A stretch of 27,305 nucleotides of DNA, taken from the IMG/VR virus record IMGVR_UViG_3300020398_000013, positions 1 to 27,305 of that record. One strand, 5' to 3'. The stretch is from a virus. Taxonomy: Duplodnaviria > Caudoviricetes. The position numbers and the translations under genes are program-made. Below, one piece after another: positions 9,129-18,536 of this stretch; positions within the stretch are counted from its first letter, which is position 1; every line of letters begins with the position of its first letter. The notes beneath the pieces are model-generated. The model did not search any database. It was not told the origin of the DNA and was given only the letters and a program-made list of their open reading frames with translations.

Positions 9129-9650
9129 GTGGATACAATTAAAATACAACAAAAATTAGGCGTATTTTGTTTACATGATGATATAAAAATACCCTCGTTA
9201 GCAACAGAAAAATCTGCATGTTTTGACCTTAAATCTTATCTTAAAGAGGGCAATACAGTAATTGGTTATAATCAATACAATCATAAAAAAGAAATTATAT
9301 TAGATACTGGTCGTCTTGTTATGCATTCTTCATGGAGATATCTTATTCCTACAGGATTAATATTTGACATACCTGCAGGATATTATATTAAGGTTCATCC
9401 TCGTTCAGGTAATGCATTGAAAAAAGGGTTAATCACTGCAAATAATACGGGGATTATTGATGAAGATTATGTAGAAGAATGTAATTGTATTATGATAAAT
9501 ATTACTGATGACCCTATTGAGATTTATCATGAAGAAAGAATAGCACAAGCAGAATTGCGTAGGACAGAAAGTTTTGTTATGAGTAGACTAGAACATAGAC
9601 CAGGACAAAAAACTGACCGAGATGGTGGCTTTGGGTCTACAGGAGCTTGA
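9129..9650 (+). CDS. dut: trimeric dUTPase
   Basis: GTG start after GGAG; motifs SACFDL, HPRSG, GIIDEDY, RIAQA, RDGGFGSTG. Confidence 0.92.
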   Translation: MDTIKIQQKLGVFCLHDDIKIPSLATEKSACFDLKSYLKEGNTVIGYNQYNHKKEIILDTGRLVMHSSWRYLIPTGLIFDIPAGYYIKVHPRSGNALKKGLITANNTGIIDEDYVEECNCIMINITDDPIEIYHEERIAQAELRRTESFVMSRLEHRPGQKTDRDGGFGSTGA

Positions 9651-9686
9651 CAAATTCGATATTTGTGTTATAATATTTAATAAATA
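9647..9686 (+). promoter_or_regulatory. hsp20 promoter(s): sigma70-type plus late-promoter-like AATAAATA
   Basis: TTGACA (9647-9652), 16 nt, TATAAT (9669-9674) with a TGn extension; AATAAATA at 9679-9686. Confidence 0.7.
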
Positions 9687-9702
9687 GTTTTATAGTAGTT
9701 AT

Positions 9703-9806
9703 GAGATGAGCCGATAATCGGGCATCTCTATTTGTGGTATATCGCCATACGGAGTTAGCCGATGCGTAACTCTAAAATTAATCTTGCTAATATAGGAGAT
9801 ACGATG
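9703..9806 (+). promoter_or_regulatory. ROSE-like RNA thermometer in the hsp20 5' UTR
   Basis: Four successive hairpins: 9703-9728, 9733-9749, 9752-9772 and 9781-9800. The last pairs AUCUUGCU with the SD AGGAGAU, matching the U(U/C)GCU anti-SD signature of ROSE elements. Confidence 0.7.
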
Positions 9807-10298
9807 TTAAGTACAACAACATATCAATCAAGGCAGATGTCATTAACGTCATTTCGAGAGTTTGAAAAGGCGTTCCAAGCAAGTGTTGGATTCGATTCTT
9901 TTTTCCATCGCTTATTTGATGTTGATTCTAGTGCAACTGCAAGCACAGGATACCCTCCTTATAATATTAAAAAAACTAGTGAGTATGCATATCAAGTTGA
10001 AATGGCACTTGCTGGTTTCTCTAAAGATGACTTACAGGTAGAAGTGGCGGACGGTACACTTTCAATTAAGACTGTTCCCTCTGAAAAAGAGGAAGGAGAT
10101 GAATTCCTTCATCGTGGAATTGCAATGAGGCAATTTTCCAGAAAGTTCATACTTTCTGATGATGTGGTTGTGAAGGGTGCAGACCTGTATAACGGGCTTC
10201 TTACTATTGACTTGGAAAGAGTTGTTCCAGAGGAAAAGAAACCTCGGGAAATTCCTATCAATGATGGAGTGAAAATTGTAGAACATAAAGTGGTATAA
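9804..10298 (+). CDS. hsp20: small heat-shock protein Hsp20 (IbpA-like)
   Basis: SVGFDSFF, GYPPYNI, EMALAGFSK, FLHRGIA-RQFSRKF, GLLTIDLERVVPEEKKPREIPI. SD AGGAGA at 9794-9799 favours ATG 9804 over 9762. Confidence 0.95.
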   Translation: MLSTTTYQSRQMSLTSFREFEKAFQASVGFDSFFHRLFDVDSSATASTGYPPYNIKKTSEYAYQVEMALAGFSKDDLQVEVADGTLSIKTVPSEKEEGDEFLHRGIAMRQFSRKFILSDDVVVKGADLYNGLLTIDLERVVPEEKKPREIPINDGVKIVEHKVV

Positions 10299-10303
10299 CT
10301 TTA

Positions 10304-10330
10304 GAGGCGGTCTTCGGACCGCCTTTTTTT
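10304..10330 (+). terminator. intrinsic terminator with C(UUCG)G tetraloop
   Basis: aggcggtc-ttcg-gaccgcct followed by a T run; the classic T4-type UUCG hairpin. Confidence 0.92.
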
Positions 10331-10340
10331 AGGGGCAGAC

Positions 10341-10805
10341 TTGAAAATAACACAGAATTTTTCTTTAAAAGAAATGACATTTTCTGATACTGCTATTAGA
10401 AAAAATATTGGAAATAAACCAGGTACAGAAGAACTTATAAATTTAACGAATCTTTGTTGTCATATACTTCAACCTGTCCGAGAACATTATGGGAAATCTG
10501 TAAGGATTAATTCTGGATATAGATGTGTTGAATTATGTGAAGCAGTAGGAAGTTCTGCAAGGTCACAACATGCAAAGGGCCAGGCTGCCGATTTTGAAAT
10601 TAATGGATTATCAAATAAAGAATTAGCGACTTGGATTTATAAAAATTTAGATTTTGACCAAATTATTTTAGAGTTTCATGACCCTGATGACGACCCTAAT
10701 AGTGGTTGGATTCATTGTTCTTATAGAAATGATGGAACAAATCGACATACTGGATTAATTATTAATAAAAAAACTAAAGGTAAATATTTACCTTGGAAGC
10801 CATGA
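10341..10805 (+). CDS. peptidase M15A family protein (putative peptidoglycan hydrolase/endolysin)
   Basis: NFSLKEM, INSGYRC, SQHAKGQAADF and GWIHCSY (Zn ligands H, D, H); TTG start. Confidence 0.85.
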   Translation: MKITQNFSLKEMTFSDTAIRKNIGNKPGTEELINLTNLCCHILQPVREHYGKSVRINSGYRCVELCEAVGSSARSQHAKGQAADFEINGLSNKELATWIYKNLDFDQIILEFHDPDDDPNSGWIHCSYRNDGTNRHTGLIINKKTKGKYLPWKP

Positions 10806-10820
10806 ACGCCTTATATTGAA

Positions 10821-10849
10821 TTGACAAACTTATGTAATTGTGTTATGAT
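10821..10849 (+). promoter_or_regulatory. sigma70-type promoter for DNA polymerase
   Basis: TTGACA (10821-10826), 17 nt, TATGAT (10844-10849) with a TGn extension. Confidence 0.75.
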
Positions 10850-10903
10850 GTATTATATGAACTTGAAAAGTCCTTATCAATATAGATATTATAATTTTGG
10901 TCC

Positions 10904-13423
10904 ATGAGTTTTTATACTAACGTTCAAAATGTAAAAAGTAAAATCTTTTTTCGTGGTGTTGACGACCAGGGAAATCATTTCAATCAAAAGGTTGATTATA
11001 ACCCTTCCTTATACATATCCTCTACAAAAGAATCTAAATGGAAAACACTTGAAGGTGAAAGTGTTTCTGAAATTCCTTGTGGTTCGATTAATGAAGCAAG
11101 AAATTTTATTCGTAAATATGAAAATATAGATAATTTCAAAATTTATGGTAATACTAATTTTCATTATTGTTTCATTACTGATAATTATCCAGGTACACTG
11201 TCATATGATATTTCCCAAATAGGTATTGCAAATATTGACATTGAGACTGGTTCTGAAAATGGTTTTCCGGACCCTCAAGTAGCACAAGAAGAAATAATTT
11301 CAATATCTGTAAAATTTAAAGATAAATTCTTTTCATTTGGATGTGGAGAATTTAAATCAAATCAAGAAAATGTGCATTTCATGAGATGTAATAATGAAAC
11401 TCATTTATTGCAAGAATTTCTTTTATTTTGGGAGAAACTTGATATTGATATTGTAACTGGCTGGAATGTAAAATTTTTTGATATACCGTATCTGATTAAT
11501 CGCATGAATCGTTTGTTCGATAAACCTGAATATCAAAGATTATCACCATGGAGATTTGTAAGCGAAAGAACAGTAAATCAAATGGGGTTTGGAGGTACAC
11601 GAGAGCAACAAGCATTTGAACTTGTGGGTGTTGCTACTCTTGATTATCTTGATTTGTATAGAAAGTTTACTTATACACAACAAGAAAATTATAGATTAGA
11701 CCATATAGCACATGTAGAATTGGGTGATAGAAAGTTAGATTATTCAGAATTTGGTAGTTTACATCAATTATATAAACAAGACTTTCAAAAGTTCATGGAG
11801 TATAATATTAAAGATGTTGACCTTGTTGATAGACTTGAAGATAAATTGAAATTAATTGAAACTGCTATTGTTCTTGCATATGATGCAAAAGTGAATTATA
11901 CGGATGTATTTACACAAGTGAGAATGTGGGATACATTGATTTACAATGAATTGCGAGATAAAGGTATAGTCCTTCCTCCAAAGAAAAATACTTTCAAAGA
12001 TAGTCCATATGAAGGTGCGTATGTAAAAGAGCCGAAACCAGGAGCATATAATTGGGTTGTGTCATTTGATTTGAATAGTTTGTATCCTCATTTGATTATG
12101 CAATATAATGTTTCACCTGAAACAATGGTGCCTAATTATCCTCCTCAGCCTGTATCTGTTGATAAATTGTTGGACCGTGAGATTGATACAACATATTGTC
12201 AACAGCAGGATTTGTCAATATCGGCAAATGGTTATCATTTTCGTAGAGATATTCAGGGATTTCTTCCTGCTATGATGGAAAGGATGTATAATGAGAGGTC
12301 GAAGTTTAAGATACAGATGCTTGAAACTCAAAAATTATATGAGAAAGAGAAGAATCCAACGGAACGTATAAAAATATCAAAAGAGGTTGCAAGGCTTGAC
12401 AATATGCAAATGGCGAGAAAGATTCAACTTAATTCTGCATATGGTGCTTTGGGTAATCAATATTTTCGTTTTTTTGATGTACGACAAGCAGAAGCAATTA
12501 CAACTGGTGGACAGTTAGCTACAAGATGGGTTGAACGTGATGTAAATAAGTATTTAAATGCAATACTTAAAACTGAAGATAAAGATTATGTAATTGCATC
12601 AGATACTGATTCAATATATGTTTGTTTAGATGACCTAGTGAAGAGTGTGTTTGATGATACAAGTGATATTCCAAAGGTAATAGATTTTCTTGATAAAGTG
12701 TGTGACGGGAAAGTACAGGAGTGTATAGATAGGTCTTTTAAAGGGTTGAGTGATTATATGAATGCTTATCAGCAAAAGATGAACATGAAACGAGAAGTGC
12801 TTGCGGATAGAGCAATTTGGACAGGCAAGAAACATTATATAATTAATGTGCATGATAGTGAGGGTGTGAGGTTTTCTAAACCGAAGGTTAAAGTGAAAGG
12901 TCTTGAATCTGTTAAGTCATCTACTCCTGCTATTGTAAGACAAAAACTGGTTGATGCATATAAGATTTTGATGAATGATACAGAAGATGATATGATTAAT
13001 TTTATCGAAAGATTTCGTAATGAGTTTGAAGTATTACCTCCAGAAGATGTTGCGTTTCCTCGTTCAGTTAAAGGTATTGCGAAGTATAGTGACCCATCAA
13101 TGTTATATAAAAAAGGAACACCAATACATGTGAAAGGAACTATCATACATAATAAATTATTGAAGGAACATAAATTAACTAGAAAATATCAGATAATTCA
13201 AGAAGGAGAGAAGATTAAGTTTTCATATTTGAAAATACCGAATCCTGTTGGAGATACGGTTATTAGTATGGGTAATACTTTACCTAAAGAATTTGATTTA
13301 CATAGATTTATAGATTATAATGCACAATTTGAAAAGACGTTTCTCGGCCCATTGAAAGATATTTTGAATTGTGTAGGTTGGGACCATGAAAAACGAAATA
13401 CTATTGAAGATTTTTTTATTTAA
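10904..13423 (+). CDS. gp43: family B DNA polymerase (T4 gp43-like)
   Basis: Exonuclease motifs DIET, GWNVKFFDIPY, YNIKDV; polymerase motifs SFDLNSLYPH, KIQLNSAYGALGN, ASDTDS, KKHY. Unsplit, no obvious intein. Confidence 0.97.
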   Translation: MSFYTNVQNVKSKIFFRGVDDQGNHFNQKVDYNPSLYISSTKESKWKTLEGESVSEIPCGSINEARNFIRKYENIDNFKIYGNTNFHYCFITDNYPGTLSYDISQIGIANIDIETGSENGFPDPQVAQEEIISISVKFKDKFFSFGCGEFKSNQENVHFMRCNNETHLLQEFLLFWEKLDIDIVTGWNVKFFDIPYLINRMNRLFDKPEYQRLSPWRFVSERTVNQMGFGGTREQQAFELVGVATLDYLDLYRKFTYTQQENYRLDHIAHVELGDRKLDYSEFGSLHQLYKQDFQKFMEYNIKDVDLVDRLEDKLKLIETAIVLAYDAKVNYTDVFTQVRMWDTLIYNELRDKGIVLPPKKNTFKDSPYEGAYVKEPKPGAYNWVVSFDLNSLYPHLIMQYNVSPETMVPNYPPQPVSVDKLLDREIDTTYCQQQDLSISANGYHFRRDIQGFLPAMMERMYNERSKFKIQMLETQKLYEKEKNPTERIKISKEVARLDNMQMARKIQLNSAYGALGNQYFRFFDVRQAEAITTGGQLATRWVERDVNKYLNAILKTEDKDYVIASDTDSIYVCLDDLVKSVFDDTSDIPKVIDFLDKVCDGKVQECIDRSFKGLSDYMNAYQQKMNMKREVLADRAIWTGKKHYIINVHDSEGVRFSKPKVKVKGLESVKSSTPAIVRQKLVDAYKILMNDTEDDMINFIERFRNEFEVLPPEDVAFPRSVKGIAKYSDPSMLYKKGTPIHVKGTIIHNKLLKEHKLTRKYQIIQEGEKIKFSYLKIPNPVGDTVISMGNTLPKEFDLHRFIDYNAQFEKTFLGPLKDILNCVGWDHEKRNTIEDFFI

Positions 13424-13432
13424 GGAGTGATA

Positions 13433-14482
13433 ATGGATTTTTTGAAAGATATGATTAAGGAGACTGGAAATGAATACGCTGGATTGGTGGCCGACGGAGT
13501 TGAAGCAGGTGATGTTGAATCTTTTATTGATACTGGAAGTTATGCTCTTAATGCGTTATTATCGGGAAGTATCTATGGTGGATTACCGTCAAATAAAATT
13601 ACTTCCTTTGCTGGAGAAACGGCTACAGGAAAAACGTTTTTCGTACTTGGTATTGTCAAACAGTTTTTGTCAGATAATCTTGGCGGTGGTGTTCTTTATT
13701 TTGAGTCTGAATCTGCTATAACTAAACAGATGATTGAGCAACGAGAAATAGATACTTCTCGTATGGTAATTTTACCAGTTGCGACTATACAAGAATTTGC
13801 TCATCAAGTTACAAAAATACTTGATAAACACCTTGCTAGTGAAGATAGACCACCATTGATGATATGTCTTGATAGTCTTGGTATGTTATCAACTTCAAAA
13901 GAAGTAGGTGATATTGCTGAAGGAAAAGAAACAAAAGATATGACTAGAGCCGCCCTTGTAAAAGGCGCATTTAGAGTACTGACACTTAAAGCAGGAAAAG
14001 CAAAAGTTCCTGTATTGGTTACAAATCATACATATAGTCAAGTTGGAGTGATGTTTCCACAACAAGTAATGGGTGGAGGTACAGGACTTTATTATGCTTC
14101 AAGTAATATTGTATTTCTTTCAAAAAGAAAAGAAAAAGATGGAACAGAAGTAATTGGTAATGTAATTCATTGTAAAAATAAGAAATCTAGATTGACTGTG
14201 GAAAATAAGCAAGTTGATGCACTAGTGACTTATGATAAAGGATTAGACCGTTGGTATGGTATGCTTGAACTTGCTGAAGAAGTAGAAATTTTCAAGAAAG
14301 TTTCTACACGTTTTGAATTGCCTGATGGTTCAAAAATGTTTGGTAAACAAATTATGAAAGAGCCTGAAACATATTTTACTGAAGATATTATGAAAAAAAT
14401 TGATGAGTATTGTAAAGAAAAATTTTTATATGGTTCTAAAAAATCTGTTGAAGTGATAGAAAATGAAGAAACCGTTACCTGA
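13433..14482 (+). CDS. uvsX: RecA-like recombinase UvsX
   Basis: [15 protein letters not shown], Walker [33 protein letters not shown]; AGGAG SD favours ATG 13433. Confidence 0.95.
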   Translation: MDFLKDMIKETGNEYAGLVADGVEAGDVESFIDTGSYALNALLSGSIYGGLPSNKITSFAGETATGKTFFVLGIVKQFLSDNLGGGVLYFESESAITKQMIEQREIDTSRMVILPVATIQEFAHQVTKILDKHLASEDRPPLMICLDSLGMLSTSKEVGDIAEGKETKDMTRAALVKGAFRVLTLKAGKAKVPVLVTNHTYSQVGVMFPQQVMGGGTGLYYASSNIVFLSKRKEKDGTEVIGNVIHCKNKKSRLTVENKQVDALVTYDKGLDRWYGMLELAEEVEIFKKVSTRFELPDGSKMFGKQIMKEPETYFTEDIMKKIDEYCKEKFLYGSKKSVEVIENEETVT

Positions 14483-14485
14483 AAG

Positions 14486-14854
14486 ATGGATGTGTCTGAT
14501 ACAAAAAACTTAACAGAATGGTACGATATAGTTCCAAATCCTCAAAATGAAGATGATGAACAACAGGCATTTCATATTAAACAAGGTAAATTTCAAGATG
14601 TAATTTATAAATATAATCGTTTTGGTGTTAATGACAAACCAAATGAAGATGGTACATTGACATATAAGTTTGAGTATGATATACTTGAAATACCTGAAGA
14701 TATTGTAAATAAACAATATGCTGATGAAGAAGGAAAAGAATTTGAAACTCTAATTGGTGATATTCTAATCGAAGTTATTCAAGATAATATAAAAAAAACA
14801 GAAAGTGAGGATGGAAAGACTAGAAGATACGATTTTAAAAAACCTGTTGTATAA
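14486..14854 (+). CDS. hypothetical protein in the T4 gp40 position (possible head vertex assembly chaperone)
   Basis: 122-aa acidic ORF between uvsX and gp41, where T4 has gene 40. The functional call rests on synteny only. Confidence 0.5.
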   Translation: MDVSDTKNLTEWYDIVPNPQNEDDEQQAFHIKQGKFQDVIYKYNRFGVNDKPNEDGTLTYKFEYDILEIPEDIVNKQYADEEGKEFETLIGDILIEVIQDNIKKTESEDGKTRRYDFKKPVV

Positions 14855-16265
14855 TGATGATTTTGTAAGAAAATCATTACCATACTTGAAAAATGATTAT
14901 TTTCTTGAGCATACTGATAAAATTCTATTTGAAGAAATTAATAAGTTTATACAAAAATATAATATATCTCCTACCAAAGAATCTCTCGTAATTGAACTTA
15001 ATGAAAATTCAAAATTACAGGAAGACCAATTTAAAAGTTTAATAGAGAGGTTGAATGTATATGATTCAAATAAGAATGATAAATCAGAAATACAATGGCT
15101 AATTGATACTACGGAACAATTTTGTCAAGATAAAGCAATATATAATGCGGTTTTAGAATCAATTTCTATAATTGATGGTCAGAAGAAAACTGAAAAAGAT
15201 AAAGGAGCAATTCCTGCAATTTTATCTGATGCGCTTGCAGTTTGTTTCGACCCTCATATTGGTCATGATTATATTGAAGATGCTGAAGAAAGGTATGAAT
15301 TTTATCATAAAATTGAACAAAGAATACCATTTGACCTTGAATATTTTAATAAGATAACATCAGGTGGGGTACCAAATAAAACATTAAATATTGTTATGGC
15401 TGGTACAGGTGTTGGTAAATCTTTGTTCATGTGTCACATGGCGTCAAGTTGTTTGTCTCAAGGTAAAAATGTTCTTTATATTACACTTGAAATGGCAGAA
15501 GAAAAAATTGCTGAAAGAATTGATGCAAACCTTATGAATATTTCGCTTGACGATTTGAAGAAATTACCGAAAAATTTGTATGAAAGAAAAGTTGCTAATA
15601 TTAGTAAAGTTACTGATGGTAAATTAATTGTTAAAGAGTATCCAACTGCGGCTGCAAATACAAATCATTTTCGTAATTTATTGGGAGAATTGAAACTTAA
15701 AAGGCAATTTGTTCCGCAAATAATTTTTGTAGATTATCTGAATATTTGTTCATCAGCTAGATTGAAGCAAGGTGCGAATGTGAATTCTTATGTATTTGTT
15801 AAATCTATTGCTGAGGAATTACGTGGTATGGCAGTTGAATATGGAGTGCCCATTATGTCTGCTACGCAAACTACGAGGTCTGGTTTTACAAGTACCGATG
15901 TTGGTCTTGAAGATACATCTGAATCTTTTGGTTTACCTGCAACGGCCGACTTAATGTTTGCGCTTATATCAACTGAAGAACTTGAAGGATTGAATCAGAT
16001 GTTAGTTAAACAACTTAAAAATCGATATAATGACCCAACGAGTATGAAGAGATTTGTAATTGGTGTTGATAGGGCTAAAATGAAACTGTATGACCTTGAA
16101 GAATCTGCACAAGATGATTTGGTCGATAGGATGTTGGAAAAAAAAGCTAAAAAAGGCAATTTTAATCCATCAAATAGTGGACAAAATGATGAACCTTTGT
16201 TTGATAAATCTACTGGTGGTAAAATGAAATTTAAAAAAGAATTTGCGGAGTTTAATTACACATGA
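14811..16265 (+). CDS. gp41: replicative DNA helicase (T4 gp41/DnaB-like)
   Basis: Walker A AGTGVGKS, YITLEMAEE, IFVDYLNI, SATQTTRSG, TSESFGLPATAD, KQLKNRY. Start is either GTG 14805 or ATG 14811. Confidence 0.96.
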   Translation: MERLEDTILKNLLYNDDFVRKSLPYLKNDYFLEHTDKILFEEINKFIQKYNISPTKESLVIELNENSKLQEDQFKSLIERLNVYDSNKNDKSEIQWLIDTTEQFCQDKAIYNAVLESISIIDGQKKTEKDKGAIPAILSDALAVCFDPHIGHDYIEDAEERYEFYHKIEQRIPFDLEYFNKITSGGVPNKTLNIVMAGTGVGKSLFMCHMASSCLSQGKNVLYITLEMAEEKIAERIDANLMNISLDDLKKLPKNLYERKVANISKVTDGKLIVKEYPTAAANTNHFRNLLGELKLKRQFVPQIIFVDYLNICSSARLKQGANVNSYVFVKSIAEELRGMAVEYGVPIMSATQTTRSGFTSTDVGLEDTSESFGLPATADLMFALISTEELEGLNQMLVKQLKNRYNDPTSMKRFVIGVDRAKMKLYDLEESAQDDLVDRMLEKKAKKGNFNPSNSGQNDEPLFDKSTGGKMKFKKEFAEFNYT

Positions 16266-16477
16266 TAAAAGTATCGTCTGCTCCAGGAGAGCCATTCTCT
16301 GTTAATATAGAGTATAAAGGTTATAATGTTATTATGGTAGGAATACCAGTAGATGATGGTTATGATAGTGATATGAAAGTATTTAAAGGTGATGAAGATG
16401 TATCAGAAAAAGTAGGAGAATATGAAATAAATGGTGAAGGATTGAAAAAAATACTTGACACTGTTGACACATTTTGA
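16262..16477 (+). CDS. hypothetical protein
   Basis: ATGA overlap with the gp41 stop; 71 aa, acidic. Confidence 0.65.
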   Translation: MIKVSSAPGEPFSVNIEYKGYNVIMVGIPVDDGYDSDMKVFKGDEDVSEKVGEYEINGEGLKKILDTVDTF

Positions 16478-16483
16478 TATAAT
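16455..16483 (+). promoter_or_regulatory. sigma70-type promoter
   Basis: TTGACA (16455-16460), 17 nt, TATAAT (16478-16483) with a TGn extension. Confidence 0.8.
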
Positions 16484-16543
16484 ATAGTTGTACGTGAGAG
16501 TTTTTATACTCTTTATTTGTTAATCTCAATTAAATGAGGTGAT

Positions 16544-17251
16544 ATGTTTCGTTTTATTTTAATATTATTAGTAGTATTATTTTTTGGTATTCCATTTCTT
16601 TATGTGAAAATCTATGCTGAAGAAACTAAAGTCATAGAGATAAATGGCAAACAATGGTTGGTGGTAATAGAGCCAAATAAACCACCTATATTCAAATCTC
16701 TTGAACCTAAACCTAAAGAGGTCACAGAACTCCCATTTGTGATTCATGATAATTCAGAAGAATCCTCTACTGCAATTGTTGTTAAGGCAAATTCCAACCC
16801 AGAGTGGAAAAAAACAACTATTAAAGAATCTAAATTGGTTCAAACGTGTGATGGTCCTTTAGGGTGTGAAATGACTGTTGAGGGAGATTGTCCAGATTGT
16901 AAGACTGAATTAGTTAGAGAAGAAACAGTTGAAGTCGTTCAAAATACAGATTTTTCAGAATTTAAAGCAGATATAAAAAATCAACAAAAAATGATGGAGA
17001 TGACTCAAAATAAAAAAGAATTTCATTATCTTGCACCTTATTTGCATTTAAGAGACACTGGACATCCAGCTTGGATTTGCTTTAAAATATTGTGGACCTG
17101 TCGTCATGGTGACCCTATTTTAATAGAAGATTTATTTGTAGGTAAACTGAATGCAAGTTATTGTTCTAATAGTCTTAATGTTCCTCCTTCCCATTTTTCC
17201 TTTTCCGACCCTCTCAAAAGCTGTCCTAATTCAACCATCCTGAATCTTTAA
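16544..17251 (+). CDS. hypothetical membrane-anchored or exported, Cys-containing protein
   Basis: GAGGTG SD; hydrophobic N-terminus MFRFILILLVVLFFGIPFLYV; CDGPLGC...GDCPDC plus further Cys residues. Confidence 0.7.
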   Translation: MFRFILILLVVLFFGIPFLYVKIYAEETKVIEINGKQWLVVIEPNKPPIFKSLEPKPKEVTELPFVIHDNSEESSTAIVVKANSNPEWKKTTIKESKLVQTCDGPLGCEMTVEGDCPDCKTELVREETVEVVQNTDFSEFKADIKNQQKMMEMTQNKKEFHYLAPYLHLRDTGHPAWICFKILWTCRHGDPILIEDLFVGKLNASYCSNSLNVPPSHFSFSDPLKSCPNSTILNL

Positions 17252-17255
17252 TAAA

Positions 17256-17263
17256 CATAAATA
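17256..17263 (+). promoter_or_regulatory. T4-like late promoter candidate
   Basis: CATAAATA (one mismatch to TATAAATA) 25 nt upstream of ATG 17289, with no sigma70 -35 box evident. Confidence 0.55.
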
Positions 17264-17288
17264 GTTTGAAACGAGTTATGCGGAAATT

Positions 17289-18536
17289 ATGCAGAGTTTC
17301 AAACAATATTTAAAAGAAGATAAAAATCTACATCTTGAGCATATTGAAGATGAGGTTCTTAATAATGGAGTTGATGGCACCAGGCAATCAATACATTTTC
17401 TTAGAGGATTGAGAGATATGTTGGCTGGTTCTACAAAAAGTGGAAAGCAGGTCCGCATCACCGTAAAATGGGATGGTGCGCCTGCTATTTTTGCGGGAAC
17501 TAATCCCGAAAATGGTAAGTTTTTTGTAGGAACAAAAGGGGTTTTTGCAAAAACTGCGAAACTTAATTATACAGTAGAAGATATTGATATAAATCATCCT
17601 GGGGATGGTTATGAGAGTTTAAATTATAAACTTAAACTTTGTTTACAATATTTGCCTGAGTTGAATATTGAAGGTGTCATACAAGGTGATTTGATGTATA
17701 TACCTGAACAACTCAAAGATGAAACTATAGATGGTGTTGATTACATAATATTTAAACCAAATACTATTGTTTATGCAGTTCCAAAAAACAGTGAGTTGGC
17801 TAAACAAATATCAATATCAAAGTTAGGCATTGTATTTCATACTAGATATACTGGTGATAGTTTACCTGAAATGAATGCAAATTTTGATGTTGATGTTTCA
17901 ACTATGAATAAAACACCAAATGTTTGGTTCAGAGATGCAAAATATGAAGATGTAAGTGGTTCTGCGTTAATGACGGATAAGGAAACGGCACAGATTACAG
18001 AAATTCTATCGGGTGCTGGACGGTTATTTAAACAATTAAATCCTGATGTATTACGATATATTCAAAATCATAAAGATATTAATATACAAATTAAAGCATA
18101 TACAAATACAAAGATACGAGAAGGACGCCCGATAGATAATCCTACGAGTCATGTTACAGGATTGATTAAATATTTAAAAGATAAATTAAATAAAGAGGAG
18201 TTGAAACTCAAGACTGAAAAAGCAAGATTAAAAAAACAATATTTACATAAAGAATTTTTAAAGTTTTTTCAGTATAACCATAGACAACTTGCATTAATTT
18301 TTGAAATGCAAAATTTATTGATTGCATGTAAGATAATGATTTTAAGAAAATTAGAACAGGTTAATACATTGACTAAAACTTTTATACAAGATGATGAAGG
18401 GTTTAAAGTGACAAATCCTGAGGGATTTGTTGCAGTTGATAAATTGAAATCAGACCAGTATGTGAAACTGGTAGACCGCCTTGAATTTTCAAGACAAAAT
18501 TTTAATGCCGCCAAAAACTGGTCAACGGGAGTATAA
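17289..18536 (+). CDS. conserved phage protein with ligase/capping-type nucleotidyltransferase motifs (DUF6267-like)
   Basis: VKWDGAP (motif I KxDG), VIQGDLM (III), PEGFVAV (IV), YVKLVDR (V); N-terminus MQSFKQYLKE. The family name is from recall and unverified. Confidence 0.7.
   Translation: MQSFKQYLKEDKNLHLEHIEDEVLNNGVDGTRQSIHFLRGLRDMLAGSTKSGKQVRITVKWDGAPAIFAGTNPENGKFFVGTKGVFAKTAKLNYTVEDIDINHPGDGYESLNYKLKLCLQYLPELNIEGVIQGDLMYIPEQLKDETIDGVDYIIFKPNTIVYAVPKNSELAKQISISKLGIVFHTRYTGDSLPEMNANFDVDVSTMNKTPNVWFRDAKYEDVSGSALMTDKETAQITEILSGAGRLFKQLNPDVLRYIQNHKDINIQIKAYTNTKIREGRPIDNPTSHVTGLIKYLKDKLNKEELKLKTEKARLKKQYLHKEFLKFFQYNHRQLALIFEMQNLLIACKIMILRKLEQVNTLTKTFIQDDEGFKVTNPEGFVAVDKLKSDQYVKLVDRLEFSRQNFNAAKNWSTGV

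Noticed and set aside
9762-9803. Track start of hsp20 at 9762
   Set aside because: It lies inside hairpin 3 of the leader; the strong SD at 9794-9799 points to ATG 9804.
10860-10903. T4-type gp43 autogenous operator hairpin
   Set aside because: Only a weak AT-only stem (aatat-ag-atatt) is present, not distinguishable from chance in AT-rich DNA.
10904-16265. Inteins, introns or homing endonucleases in gp43, uvsX or gp41
   Set aside because: Lengths and motif spacing look normal, and no splice-junction or endonuclease motifs were seen.
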